A stretch of 64,000 bases of DNA from contig OX597819.1 of the NCBI GenBank assembly GCA_951406725.2, positions 35,712,001-35,776,000 of the forward strand. The letters are read 5' to 3'. Position numbers and translations under genes: made by a program. Within the stretch, counting starts at the first letter, position 1. The number at the start of each line of letters is the position of its first letter. A model generated the notes under the pieces. It did no database searches and was not told where the DNA came from. It saw only the letters and a list, made by a program, of their open reading frames with translations. Shown piece after piece: positions 38,511-51,726 of this stretch. This DNA is from Octopus vulgaris (taxonomy: Eukaryota).

Positions 38511-38720
38511 AATCTTTTCGACTATAGACACAAGATCTTAAATTTTGGGTGAGGGGCTAGTCAACTACGTTGACCCCAGTACTTAACTGGGGCTTAATTT
38601 ATTGATCCTAAAATGACAAAAGGCAAAGTCAACCTTGGTGTAATTTGAATTTAGAGCATAAAGATGGATAAAATGCCACTAAACATTTTGCCCAGCATGT
38701 TAATGATTGGGCCAACTCAC

Positions 38721-38770
<50 letters not shown>

Positions 38771-38959
38771 CCTTTCTACTAAAGGCACAAGGCCTGAAAC
38801 TTGGCAAGAGGGGACTAATCGATTATATCAACCCCAGTGTTTCACTGGTACTTAACTTGTTGACCGAGGCTATAGTAGGTGCCACGCAGTGGGACTGAAC
38901 CCGGAACCACGTGGTAGGTAATCAAGCTACTTACCACACTCCACTCCTGCGCCTATATA

Positions 38960-39467
38960 TGTAGAACAACAATGTGAAAAGGAGAGGTGACGAATGAATG
39001 CCTCCTTTATACACCGCACAGTCGCCTTACAATAAAAGCCAAAATATGGATAAATGAATAAGAGCGCCAGAAAGGAATAAGAGAGAGAAGATTAATTTCA
39101 CTAAGCTCCACTACAGAGCAGCCCTCCACCAGTCATATTGTAGAAGACAAAAGAGACGATAATAAAAGTAGACATATCTGTAGTGAAGAGGTGAAATTAG
39201 AACGGCTGGTCATTAAGCTGGCACTGGGTCACCAATTTGTAGACGTTTGTGTGAACGTAAGGCCAGCTGTGTGTTTTGGCTGCCTGTTAGAAGGAATGAG
39301 GGGTCACCACTTGTAGAACGACTGTGCGAAAAGGAGAGGTGATGAGTGAATGACTCCTTTAAACAGTGCACAGTCGCCTTACAATAAAAGCCAAAATATG
39401 GATAAATGAATTAGAGCGCCAGAAAGGAATAAGAGAGAGAAGATTAATTTCACTAAGCTCCGCTAAA
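38960..39467 (-). mobile_element. TRIM-like miniature LTR retroelement
   Basis: Two 156-bp direct repeats (38960-39115 and 39312-39467) with TGTAG..CTACA ends (one end mutated to CTAAA); 196-bp interior; minus-strand PBS-like TGGTGACCCC 2 nt after the 5' LTR; PPT-like GGTGGAGGG before the 3' LTR; TATA on both sides. Confidence 0.85.
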
Positions 39468-39496
39468 TATATATATACATATATATACATGCACAC

Positions 39497-39528
<32 letters not shown>

Positions 39529-39529
39529 T

Positions 39530-39902
39530 TCTATTCTTTTATTTGTTTCAGTCATTTGACTGCAGACTTGCTGGAGTACCACCTTTAGTCAAACAAATCG
39601 ACCCCAAGACTTATTTTTTGCAAGCCTAGTACTTATTCTAGTGGTCTCTTTTGCTGAACTGCTAAGTTATGGGGATGTAAACACACTAACATTGGTTGTC
39701 AAGTGATGGTAGGGGGACAAACACACACACACACATATACGACATGCTTCTTTCAATTTCCGTCTACCAAATCCACTCACAAGGATTTGGTCGGTCTGAG
39801 GCTATAGTAGAAGATACTTGCCCAAGGTACAACACAGTGAGACTGAACCCGGAACCATGTGGCTGGTAAGCAAGCTACTTACCACACAGCCACGCCTGCA
39901 CC
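39530..39902 (-). mobile_element. SINE family A (a partial copy follows at 39935-40165)
   Basis: Match to the 5431 copy. Confidence 0.88.
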
Positions 39903-41046
39903 TATATATATACAAAAATATATATTTATATCTTCTATCTTTTACTTGTTTCAGTCATTAGACTGTGGCCATGCTGAGGCACCACCTTGAAATTTTAGTC
40001 AAATGAATCAACCCCCATACTTATGTTTTTTGTCAAGCCTGGTACTTATTCTATTGGTCTCTTATGCCAAACCACTAAGTTATGGGGACATAAACATACC
40101 AACACCAGTTGTCAAGTAGTGGGGGGGGGACAAACACAGGCTCAAAGATACACACACACACATATAGTTATATATATCAAATGGATGTCATATAAAAATA
40201 TTTCACACATACAATAATAGCCATACCAATAATCCAACACACCCCCATCATCAGCTGCCCCACAGATATCATTATGGTTTTGACACCTGGGTAGTACCAT
40301 TCAATCCAGGGGTGTCAACAGCACTAAAATAAGTGTTGTTTGGGAGCAAACATACCTTAGAAATCACCACACATACACGCATGCACACACACACACACAC
40401 ACACATGCGCACATGCACACACACATGTATATACAGATTTGTAGTTATGAGATTTATAGTGGAATAAGTAACAGAGTAGACACCAATAGGGGTGTGTATG
40501 TAAGAGATGGGGGAAAGAAAGAAAAAAATTAATGTCTAGATGTGAGTCTACATGCAGATTCCTCTACAAGAACTTGCTCTGTACCCACTTCTCATAGTAA
40601 TCCTCTTGTCTCCTAACATGAAGCTGACCTCCACATCCAACCAGATTTCATAATCTTCTGTGCTGCATGGTGACCCCAATCCTGCAAGTGGCACAGAAAA
40701 AGCATGGATCATGAAAGAAATTTGGTAAGAAGAAGAGACAACTTTGTACATATTTCTGCATAATTTTGGAATCATCAGTAAAGTATAACCTAATTATAAC
40801 TTGCTAAATTTCTAAGAAATAACATATTTGTTACTATAGAAAAATAGAAACATTTTGGAATGAGTTATTCTGACAGGCCATTCACCAGAAAAACAATAGG
40901 TAAGAGGTTATCAGTTTATTTAATTATCTTGATAATTCAATAGTGATAATATTATTTTAGTATACAGGAATAAAGCCACAAATTTCAAATTCAGTCATGA
41001 GAATAGAGCTAAATAATCATCAGTTGCTAAATACACACACACACAC

Positions 41047-41148
<102 letters not shown>

Positions 41149-41397
41149 ATTTATATATATCTATATATATATATATATTTTATACATGTGGTTGTGTGTT
41201 AAGTAGCTTGTTTCCCAACCACATGGTTCTGGATTCAGTCCCATGCATGGCACCTTGGGTAAGTGTCTTCTACTATAGCCTCAGGCCAACCAAAGCCTTG
41301 TGAGTGTATTTGGTAGATGGAAACTGAAAGAAGTCCATCGTATATATATATAACCACTGAGCCATGTGCCTTCACACACACACATATCCATACATAC

Positions 41398-41723
41398 ATA
41401 TGGCTCAGTGGTTAGAGTGTCGAGCTTATGATCATGAGTTTGTGAGTTCGATTCCTGGACTGGGCTGTGTGTTGTGTTCTTGAGCAAGAAACTTTATTTC
41501 ACGTTGCTCCAGTTAACTCAGCTGTAGAAATGAGTTGTGATATCACTAGTGCTAAGCTGTATCAGCTTTTGCCTTTCCCTTGGATAACATCAGTGGTGTG
41601 GAGAGGGGAGGCCGGTATGCAGGGCGACTGCTGGCTTTCCACAAACAATCTTGCCCGGACGTGTGCCTGGGAGGGTAACTTTCTAGGTGCAATCCCATGA
41701 TCATTCATGACTGAAGGGGTCTC
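41398..41723 (+). mobile_element. SINE family C
   Basis: Colinear with the 32857 copy. Confidence 0.9.
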
Positions 41724-41725
41724 CT

Positions 41726-41779
<54 letters not shown>

Positions 41780-41787
41780 TTTATATA

Positions 41788-42445
41788 TTAGGTTGTCAAA
41801 TATGAAATTTGTAGAAAATTTCTTCTTTGGGTTGAACGTTTACGGTTGTTGTATTGGATCCCTTTTTTATTACATGTTACAATTTGATTAAAAAGTGATT
41901 CATTTTTGTGACAAGAAAGTAGCATAATGCAGGCTTCTAAACGTTGCTGTTTCTGATTTTCATTGAGTTCATATGGAACCCACTTATACAACTTTTTCAC
42001 TTTACAGATTTGAACTAGATGAGTTAACATTGTTTGTTTTCAAACACCAGACAACAACAATAATTCATGGGCACTTTGAGATGGACCTGACTCGATGGTG
42101 CCTCTCAGTTCATCATTATCCACCTTTATTTCTGGTTGACTGTATTTCTCATTTGTGAGGTCAAAATTACCAGAACGAAATTTTGTAAACCAATTTGATA
42201 ACGTCTGCTGTGTAATATACATTAGAATGAAATACTCCATTAATATTCCGAGCTGCTAACAAAAATAGCAAAAAAAAATGATTTATAAATACTTCATAAA
42301 GCGCAAAATGAGTTAGAATAAAGAAATAGATGTGTCAGCTTTCTAACAAAACATAAAGATTGTCAAAATATGTTAATGGCGCAAAATAAACAGCTGTCAA
42401 AGTTTACCATATATCTTACTACAAATTTCATATTTGACGACTTAA
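41788..42445 (-). mobile_element. mariner deletion derivative with both TIRs
   Basis: TIRs of about 27 bp TTAGGTTGTCAAATATGAAATTTGTAG with TA flanks. Transposase remnants NWFTKFRSGNFDL, KVKKLYKWVPYEL and QIVTCNKK; most of the catalytic domain is deleted. Confidence 0.92.
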
Positions 42446-42959
42446 TATATATACTGTTATGTGTGGGGAGAGTCATTATCTTTTGGTGCCTTATAATTTA
42501 ACACACTCACCGGTAAAATTTCCGCTTTCTTCTTTTCCTTTCTAAAATTTTCGTTGCGTCTTGCAACCTTTTCAATAGTAGACTATGCTTCAATACATGA
42601 ACTCACATAAAGAATCTTGCAAGCCAAATCCAAAAACGAAATTAATATATATAGTTAATCTCCCCAAAAAACGAAGAAAGAAAACTCAAGAAAAAAGCAA
42701 TACACAGACATGGTACATGCAAAGTATTAAAAGATGCTCAGGGAAGGAAAGAAAGGTTGTTTAATGTTTTAAGCAAAAGCTCTTTTTCAGAAACAGGAGA
42801 CAGGAAAGTCCAAGAGAAAAAGAAGAGGGAGGAAAAAAATCATCAACAAACCACAGGTAGTTACATTTTGAAATGACAGGAAGGGAACATATGAAGAAAA
42901 AGTTTTTTCTAAGACAGGCGAGTGTAAGTGGAGATATCTGTGCGTATGTGTGGGAGTGC

Positions 42960-43962
42960 AAGAGTGTGTGTGTGTGTGTGCATGTGTGTGTGGTATTAAC
43001 TGTTTATCTGTGTATGTCTGAGTGACCTTTGTGTCTGTTAATGTTATAGGAAGAATTCAGCAGCTTTGGTAACAGAAGTGGTGGTCTTTTGTGTAGTTGT
43101 ATGTTTCTTCACATGTGTGTGGATGGGATGGTCAGTCCGAAGGGTGTGTATGTGAGTGTATATATATGTATGTGCATGTATGTGTAAGTTATGTGTGTGT
43201 GTTTTGTGTGTGGTGTGTGTGTATGCATGTGTGTATGTGCATACGTATGTGCATATGTGTGCATGTGTGTATGTATGTGTGTGCATGCATGTGTGTGTGT
43301 GTGCTGTGCACATGGGGTTGTGTGTGTGGAGGCATATGTGTGCTCCTTTGTGTGTGTGTGCATGTGTGCATGTATGTGCATGTGTGTATGCACGTGTGAA
43401 TCTAATTGTGTGCATATATGTATGTGTGTGCATGTATGTGTGTGTTGTGCATATATGTGGTTTTTGTGGGAAGAATATGTGCATTCATGTGTGCATGCGT
43501 GTGTCTGTGTGCGTGTGTATATGTGTGGGTGCATGGGGATGTGCGTGTGCGTGTGTGTATGTGTGGGTGCATGTGTGTATGTATGTGTGTGTATGTGCAT
43601 GTGGTTGAGTGTGCGTGTGTGCATGTGTGTGTATATGTGTGTGTGGGGCTGTATTGAGGTATATGTGTGTTCCTGTACATGTGTGCACATGTGAGGTATA
43701 TGTGTGTTCCTGTACATGTGTGCACATGTGTGTGTGTGCATGGTTGTGTGTGTGGAGGTATATGTGCATTCTTGTGTGAGCACGTGTGTGTGTGTGTGTA
43801 TGTGTGTTCATGTATGTGTGAGTTGTGTGTGTGTGTTGGAGGTATATGTATGTTCATGTGGTTTATGTGGGAGGTATGTATGTATGTGTGAGTGCGTGTG
43901 TCTGTACGGGTGCATATGTGTGTGTGTATGTACATGTGTGTATGTGTGCATGTGTGTGTACA
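42960..43962. repeat. Degenerate (GT)n array
   Basis: Seen directly. Confidence 0.95.
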
Positions 43963-44130
43963 TAAGAATCATCTGGGCAGTGGAAGTTTTAAGTGTCTTA
44001 TTTCATGATGCCATACAAGTGAAGAAATTGTGGAAAAGTATGACAAGTTCAAATACCGAAAGGTGAAAAGAATTTGTTTTAGAGCAAGGAAGATGGAGAG
44101 AAAATGGTGTTGTTGCTTGTTTGTTTGTTT

Positions 44131-44507
44131 GCTGAGCGAAGCGGTCTTCATTCCAGAGCTCGCAAGATTGCACCTCGGGAGAAGTCCGAAATGTGATCCT
44201 TTGCTATTCGTAAGATCCGCAGAAGAGAAAGCAGGTCAACCCCCGACACCGAGAGCATTGACGGATGGATGAATGCACATCCAGGCTCAACGGTTGCATA
44301 GAAAGTTGGGGACAAGAAACAGGAAGAAAGAGTGAGAGAAAGTTGGGGCGAAAGAGTACAACAGGGGTCGCCACCACCCCCTGCTGGAGCCTCGTGGAGC
44401 TTTAGGTGTTTTCACTGAATAAACACACACAATGCCCAGTCTGGGAATCGAAACTGCAATCCTCCGACCGCGATCCCGCTGCCCTAACCATTGGGCTATT
44501 GCACCTC
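44131..44507 (-). mobile_element. SINE family D head with a different 3' tail
   Basis: 44325-44507 matches the 18962 and 35361 copies; 44131-44320 is an unrelated CpG-rich tail ending in (AAAC)n. Confidence 0.8.
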
Positions 44508-47500
44508 GACTGGTGTTGTTACTTGAACAATGGGCAAATACTTTAGTTTTGAGCAATCAAAATCATGAAACTACTTTAACTCACCTTTTCTCACTCTCTC
44601 AGAACCCGAAATATTAAACTTCATCACGGTAATGCAACTCTACTATAGATTAATTGTTGTTAATGGAGACCATCAACAGTTCACTCTAATTTCAGGTTTT
44701 ACACTGTACAACTGTTTGGCTATTAGTCTGACAACTACCAACTAATTAATTATTTGTGTGACACCTATCAATTAATTAATTCTTACATACCAAGTAGTAG
44801 ATGCAAACAAGCCATGTAGACATTGTATTGGATAATCAATTCTCAGTTTGTGAGTTTATATGTCATTGATATTGGTTGTATTTCTGTGTAGGACACTTAA
44901 TTCTACATGCCCAGTTTAGATGAATGTTAGGCGGAGGTTCCATGATTTGTAAAGGATAATCATTTGCTCTCATTAATGGAGACCATTGAACATCCATTGA
45001 TAAAGACCTTTGATGTACAATGATCACGTAATTGATTGCATTTTCCTCTCTAGAAACAGAGAAACACTTATTGTTTGCAAACTGATTCGTAAGTCAGACA
45101 AAATGCTTTGTGGAACTTCTGGCTCATTATGTTCCAAGGTCAACCTTGCCTTTAATCCTTTTGGGGTCGATAAAATAAATACCAGTTGAACACTGTGGTT
45201 AATGTAATTGATGTATCGCATGCCCTACAATTGTTGACCAAAAATACAAACCATTCTTTCACTAATTTCTCTCCTTGGATTGTGGTCATGTTGGAGTAGC
45301 ACCTTTATGAGTATAGTCAATTATACCAGCTCCCGCATTTGACACGTGTTAATTGCATTGATCTCAGAAGAATAAAAATCAAAGTCACCTTGATTGCAAT
45401 AAGAACTAAGATCATAAAAGAAGGTAAATAATATCACAAGATATTTTGTCTGATGCGGCACTAAGTCTGCCAAATAAGACATAACTTTTACAAGATGGTT
45501 AAAGTTAGAATAATTATTATTTTATATCTCTATCAAACTATTCAAATGATTCTCGAATTATTAACCCCACCCCTGCCATCAACAAAAAAAAAAAAGAAAA
45601 GAAAAAACAAGGAGTTTGGGAACCTGGAATTTTTGTATGTGAGACTAGAAAATATTTGTAAAGACTGAAAACAGTGAAAGCACAATTCAAGGAATATTCC
45701 TGACAGGAATTTTAATGAAAATACTTTCAATGTGATTCCTTGTGGAATATTGATAGGGTATAAAATTAATTAAAAAAGAGCTAATGACGTTTTCTATTAT
45801 TTTGAAGTGAATGACAATGACTCCATTGGACTGTTTCTTTTTCATATGGTAACGCTATTATTATATACCATATGGAATATCTTTACACATGCACTCCTTT
45901 AACAGATAATCTTCATGGAGATTATTAAAATTGAAGCTTACTTAAAGAATCTAATCTCTTTCAACATGTACAATCACTTAAAAATGCAACCGTGACTTAA
46001 AGATAATACACCAAGACATGGAGACACAATCAAAGCTTGAATGCAGTAAATTGCAATCAAATCTTGCTCAACACATGAGTGATTGTCTTAAAAATAGAAA
46101 TAAACTCATTAAATATTAATGTCATATATGATATATCTTGAAAAAGACAACATTCTGGTATGAGTCACAGTATAAAATTTTTTCTTACAATAACTGTCAG
46201 AAATATTTTGAGATTTGTGTTAAATCTGTTTTTTGGTTTCACATACAAGAATCTTAAATTTCCAAACCCTTTGTTTCAATAAACTGAGAAATAACAGTAA
46301 AATCTGATGATCATGGCTATAATAATTTTAATCATTGTTCTGCTTGATGAATGCTGACCTGGGGCTAAAAACGCTGAGTGATACAACATAATCAATACCT
46401 AAAAATCAATAATTCCCTTCTTCTGACCAAACAAACATTATGCATGTTAATTACTTTACCAAACTCTGTTTGTTAAAGTAATTAACTAGTAATTTGCCTA
46501 CAGAACAATTGCACAATATTGCTATTGCAGTACAGAACTCTATTCTTGCAAGAGAGTACAGCGTTGTTCCTGACATGACTGCAATAACATATGTCTGTTG
46601 TTGCTTTCAAACATTTTATTGGTTGACTATATTTTGAATTTCCTTAAGCACATACGATGAACACCTTCATAATGGCAAGGATAATATAATTGTTTCAAAT
46701 GCCAGTTTGGCATTGGGGTTGTTTGCAACAATGAAAAACCACCACTTCCTTAGTTAAGCTGACGAACTGGCAGAATCATCAGCATGCTGGACCAAATACT
46801 TAGTGGCATTTTGTCCATCCTTATGTTCTGATTCAAATGCTGTTGCGGTCGACTTTGCTTTTCTAGCCTTTTGGGGGTCAATAAAATAAGTACCAGTTGA
46901 GCACTAGGTTGATATGAGTGACTTGCCCCTTCCTCTCAACTTGTTGGCTTTGTGCCAAGATTTGAAACCAAAATACTTGTTAGTATATAATGGCTGCTTA
47001 ATGAAATACAGTGAATAATATACATCATCATCATCATCATCCAGTGTTTTAAATCTGGGTTTTGTCCCCGTTAATGGGGGTGGCCAGATCTACCTCAATG
47101 CCATAGCAACTGAGGCAGGTAGGTGCAGACCACCACAACCTCTACACTAGCTGGTGTCCATTCTTCCTTGCAATCATGAGGCTTTTTGCAAGCTGGATTT
47201 TCTATGGGAAGCATGCCATTGCTTATCTCCAGTCTCAGTTTCTAGACATGAGTGGTCCTGAGACCAAGGCCTCTACCATGATTTTTAAGAAATGTCGTGG
47301 AAAACTAGCCCAGGAAGGCAGGGACACTATTCTCTGAATCCCCTTTCAGAGCACCCCCTACCTAATATTATGGTTGCATAATGAAATACAGTTGCATCAG
47401 AATTTAATATGTACATACCAGTTGCCAGTAATGTGTTTAAAATGTATAATTGGTATATCATTTTGTGTTTCACTACTAAATTTGGTGGCTATTTAAGCAA

Positions 47501-47757
47501 TGTGTTCCTGGCAGAAGTGTAGCTAATAGAGGAACAAGGAAAGTGACTGATGCTGAGCACATTTTCAAATTTGGTGCCATTTCAACAAATAATCTTCACT
47601 CTTTAGTTCGCTTGTGTGATAAATGTTGAATCCCTCTTTTGTTTTGTTTATTGCATGGCCTTGGAAGAACTTTCTGGAGTCCTTACTTTATTTGACCTAC
47701 CTACAGTGTTTCGGAACTGTCTGCTCAATCTCCTATGATGTGTTGGTCGCCTCTGAA

Positions 47758-47990
47758 GGCGGCGAGCTGGCAGAAACGTTAGCATGCCGGAAAAAATGAT
47801 TAGCGGTATTTTGTCTGCCGTTACATTCTGAGTTCAAATTCCGCCGAGGTCAACTTTGCCTTTCATCCTTTCGGGGTCGATAAATTAAGTACCAGTTACG
47901 CACTGGGGTCGATGTAATCGACTTGACACCTTCGTCTGTCCTTGTTTGTCTCCTCTATGTTTAGCCCCTTGTGGGTAATAAAGAAATAGA
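47758..47990 (+). mobile_element. SINE family B, best-preserved copy
   Basis: GGCGGCGAGCTGGCAGAAACG head, GAGTTCAAATTCC B-box, central GGTCAACTTTGCCTTTCATCCTTTCGGGGTCGATAAATTAAGTACCAG. Other copies lie near 30050, 45100, 46757, 51745, 57558 and 62100. Confidence 0.9.
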
Positions 47991-48145
47991 TATCTGAAGA
48001 ACCAAAACAAACCCTGATGTCATTACCTCTCAACACTGGACAATCTCGTGGGCGTTTCATCTTCATCATGTCACACCTATATCACTGGTTGTCAGTTTCA
48101 CGCATAATGGTATTGTTACTGAAACATGAAATTAATGAATACTCT

Positions 48146-48381
48146 CTTACTCTTTTACTTGTTTCAGTCATTTATTCGACTGCGGCCAAGCTGGAGCACC
48201 ACCTTTTAGTCGAGCAAATCGACCCCAGGACTTATTCTTTGTAAGCCTAGTACTTATTCTATCATTCTCTTTTGCTGAACCGCTAAGTTACGGGAACGTA
48301 AACACACCAGCATCGGTTGTCAAGCGATGTTGGGGGGACAAACACAGACACGTAAACATACATACACACACACACATGCAC

Positions 48382-48450
<69 letters not shown>

Positions 48451-48606
48451 CGACAGGCTTCTTTCAGTTTCCGTGTACCAAATCCATTCACAAGGCTTTG
48501 GTCGGCCCGAGGCTATAGTAGAAGACACTTGCCCAAGGTGCCACACAGTGGGATTGAACCCGGAACCATGTGGTTGGTAAGCAAGCTACTTACCATACAG
48601 CCGCTC
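48146..48606 (-). mobile_element. SINE family A
   Basis: Match to the 5431 copy. Confidence 0.9.
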
Positions 48607-48929
48607 TAATGTAAAATATATTATAACTAATGAAAGGAAAATGAGTTAAAAATTGTTTGGCATGTGTTACAGAACCTTTTTTTATGTGCTTGCATTCCCT
48701 AACTTTAGAACCTGGCCATACCTTTGGTTTATGGATGGTTGATGGGTTGGGTATGGTGTTGAAGAAGGAGCAAGACCTTCTGAAATATGCATATCCACCC
48801 ATTATGTATTTTTCTATCTTCAATCACATTGTTTACATGGATATGGTCACATATGACGATCTTTCAGTACTGACCCTGGTTTCTCTAGAAAATCTGTTGA
48901 GATAACATTAAAAATTGATTATATCTTCC

Positions 48930-49122
48930 ATCTAATAATTAAACTCACAAGTTAATAATTAAATCTGCTACTGCCTAATCAAGTTTATGACCCACTAATT
49001 AAGTCTACCGTCCAATAATTATATCTATAACCCAATAATTAAATCCCCAACTTATCAATTAACTCTACAATCCAATAATTAATTCTACTACACAATAATC
49101 ATCCAATAATTAATTCTATTAC
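48930..49122. repeat. Degenerate ~20-bp AT-rich minisatellite
   Basis: (CC)AATAATTAA.TCTAC-like unit repeated about 9 times. Confidence 0.6.
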
Positions 49123-49282
49123 TATAAGAGCAGGTGTGGCTGTCTGATAAGAAGTTTCCTTTCCAACCAAATGGTTCTGGGTTCAATCCCACTGCATTAA
49201 ACTTTGGTCAAGCATCTTCTATTGTAACCCAAGGCTGAGCAAAACTTTGTGGTGGAAACTGAAGGAAGTTCATCATGTATAT

Positions 49283-49702
49283 AGGAGTGGCTGTGTGGTA
49301 AGTAGCTTGCTAACCAACCACATGGTTCCGGGTTCAGTCCCACTGCGTGGCGTTTTGGGCAAGTGTCTTCTGCTGTAGCCCCGGGCCAACCAATGCCTTG
49401 TGAGTGGATTTGGTAGACGGAAGCTGAAAGAAGCCTGTCGTGTATGTGTATATATATATATGTATATATATATATGTGTGTGTGTGTGTATGTGTTTGTG
49501 TGTATGTGTTTGTCCCCCTGGCATTGCTTGACGGCCAATGCTGGTGTGTTCACGTCCCCGTAACTTAGCGGTTCGGCAAAAGAACCGATAGAGTAGGTGC
49601 TGGGCTTGCAGAGAATAAGTCCCGGGGTCGATTTGCTCGACTAAACGCGGTGCTCCAGCATGGCCGCAATCAAATGACTGAAACAAGTAAAAGAGTAAAA
49701 GA

Positions 49703-49704
<2 letters not shown>
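49283..49704 (+). mobile_element. SINE family A
   Basis: Match to the 5431 copy. Confidence 0.9.
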
Positions 49705-49755
<51 letters not shown>

Positions 49756-50686
49756 CACACATATATATGCATGTGTTCATGTATGTATATATATATGTGT
49801 GTGTACATGTGTTCTATGTCTGTGTTTATGTATTGCTATCGTACCTTCACACACATGATAATTGTAAAATGAATGTCACTATTATGCAAGCAGTATCCTT
49901 TGTTCCAAATCTTCTGTGTAAACATGTCTGATTATAGAGAAATATCATTATTACTTGGAATCAGGTGACAGTTGGTGATTGGAAGAAAATTTGCCTCAAC
50001 AAAATTCTACCCAACCCATGCAAATATGAGAAAGTGGTGGTTAGAATGATGATGATGAATGATGACTATTCTTATCCAAGCATTGGCAAGATTTGACCTC
50101 TATCTGAATGCCTACTCCTTAAATTCAATACCTGCTACTTATATCATCTGGTACATTAAAGCATGATTTTTATTGAGTTCAATAAAATTGAGTGAACGAA
50201 TAAGATATTGGCTTATTGACCTCCAGGATGGTGGAATTCATAATCTATTGTAGAAAACATACCTTATTCCTTTGGAAAATTAAAGCTTTTTTAGAAAAAC
50301 TTTCATTCTAAAATTCCTCATTAATTTATCTGTAGAGAACCAAAGTGTATTTAAGAAGAGCTTAAACCTCATTCTCTAGCAAGTTGAAATTATTAGTATT
50401 TATCTAATAATATGATTCTAGAAATATTATAACCCAAAAGCAATCATTTTGTATCTGACACTTTAGTTAATTAGGCTAAAGTGATATACGCCAGGACTAC
50501 GCAGCAGCTGTGGTGAGATATAATCTCATAAACCATTAAGTCAAGAGCTTGCTATTGTAAACCATTCAGTAATTGAACATATCACTATAAAGTCTTCTGT
50601 AATGCATTAAAGTGTTAAAGAACAATATATGTACATATATACATACATATGTAGGTATGAGTATCTGTTCTCTCTCTCTCTTTCTT

Positions 50687-50718
<32 letters not shown>

Positions 50719-50720
<2 letters not shown>

Positions 50721-51033
50721 TAGATAAATATAGTTATGCCTAGGTTATGGGGTTGCCATGGGTTTCATTAAGTGCTTAGCTTTACAGCATCTCTTCAGAC
50801 CCTAATGGCTGGCCCCCTGTAACCTCTCTTTAAAGTGGAGGAAGAAAAGACCTCACGATTAGTTGTTGAACACATGGACAAACTAGCCACAAGATCTTTT
50901 CTTCCTCCACTTTAAAGAGAGGCTATAGGCCACCGGCCATTAGGGTCTGACAAGACATATGTAAAGCTAAGTGCTTTTTGGATGCAAAACCCTGGGTAAC
51001 CCCATAGACTGGTCATAACTATCTTTATCTAAT
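50719..51033. mobile_element. ~315-bp foldback palindrome
   Basis: The arms pair almost end to end, including a perfect CCTCTCTTTAAAGTGGAGGAAGAAAAGA / TCTTTTCTTCCTCCACTTTAAAGAGAGG pair and termini ATTAGATAAA/TTTATCTAAT. Confidence 0.85.
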
Positions 51034-51194
51034 TACTATAACTTAGAAAGAGCACAGGTGTGCGAAGCTGAAAATGGCTGCCATTTAAGTGATGTTTTTT
51101 TGCATATGTGATGCAATAAAATGATGTAGTGCGAAACATCATACCAAATTACCGAAGTTATTCTTGTTGCCTATTTTGAGTATATATATGTATA

Positions 51195-51543
51195 TTCTTT
51201 TACTTGTTTTAGTCATTTGACTGTGGCCATGCTGGAGCACTGCCTTTAGTCGAGCAAATCAACCCCAGGACTTATTCTTTGGAAGCCTAGTATTTATTCT
51301 ATCAGTCTCTTTTGCCGAGCCGGTAAGTTACAGGGACGTAAACACACCAGCATCGGTGATGTTGGGGTACAAACACAGGCACACAAACATATACACACAC
51401 ACACATATATAAATACATATATACGACAGGCTTCTTTCAGTTTCCATCTACCAAATCCACTCACAAGGCTTTGGTCGGCCTGAGGCTATAGTAGAAGACG
51501 CTTGCCCAAGGTGCCACGTAGTGGGACTGAACCTGGAACCATG
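51195..51543 (-). mobile_element. SINE family A, head truncated
   Basis: Match to the 5431 copy. Confidence 0.88.
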
Positions 51544-51680
51544 ACTTGTGCATATCAATTTCAATTATGCCCTTTATATTGTATCAAAGTTTCCTGCATT
51601 TATTTGTAAAGTTAAGGAAGTTATTAAAAACTGAATCCCCTCAGTGACTTTTGGGACACCCTGTATATATTCTTTATATA

Positions 51681-51726
<46 letters not shown>

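Noticed and set aside
48722-48893. Minus-strand exon-like interval with good splice signals
   Set aside because: Stops occur in all three frames across the interval; it could only be UTR or non-coding, and this is unsupported.
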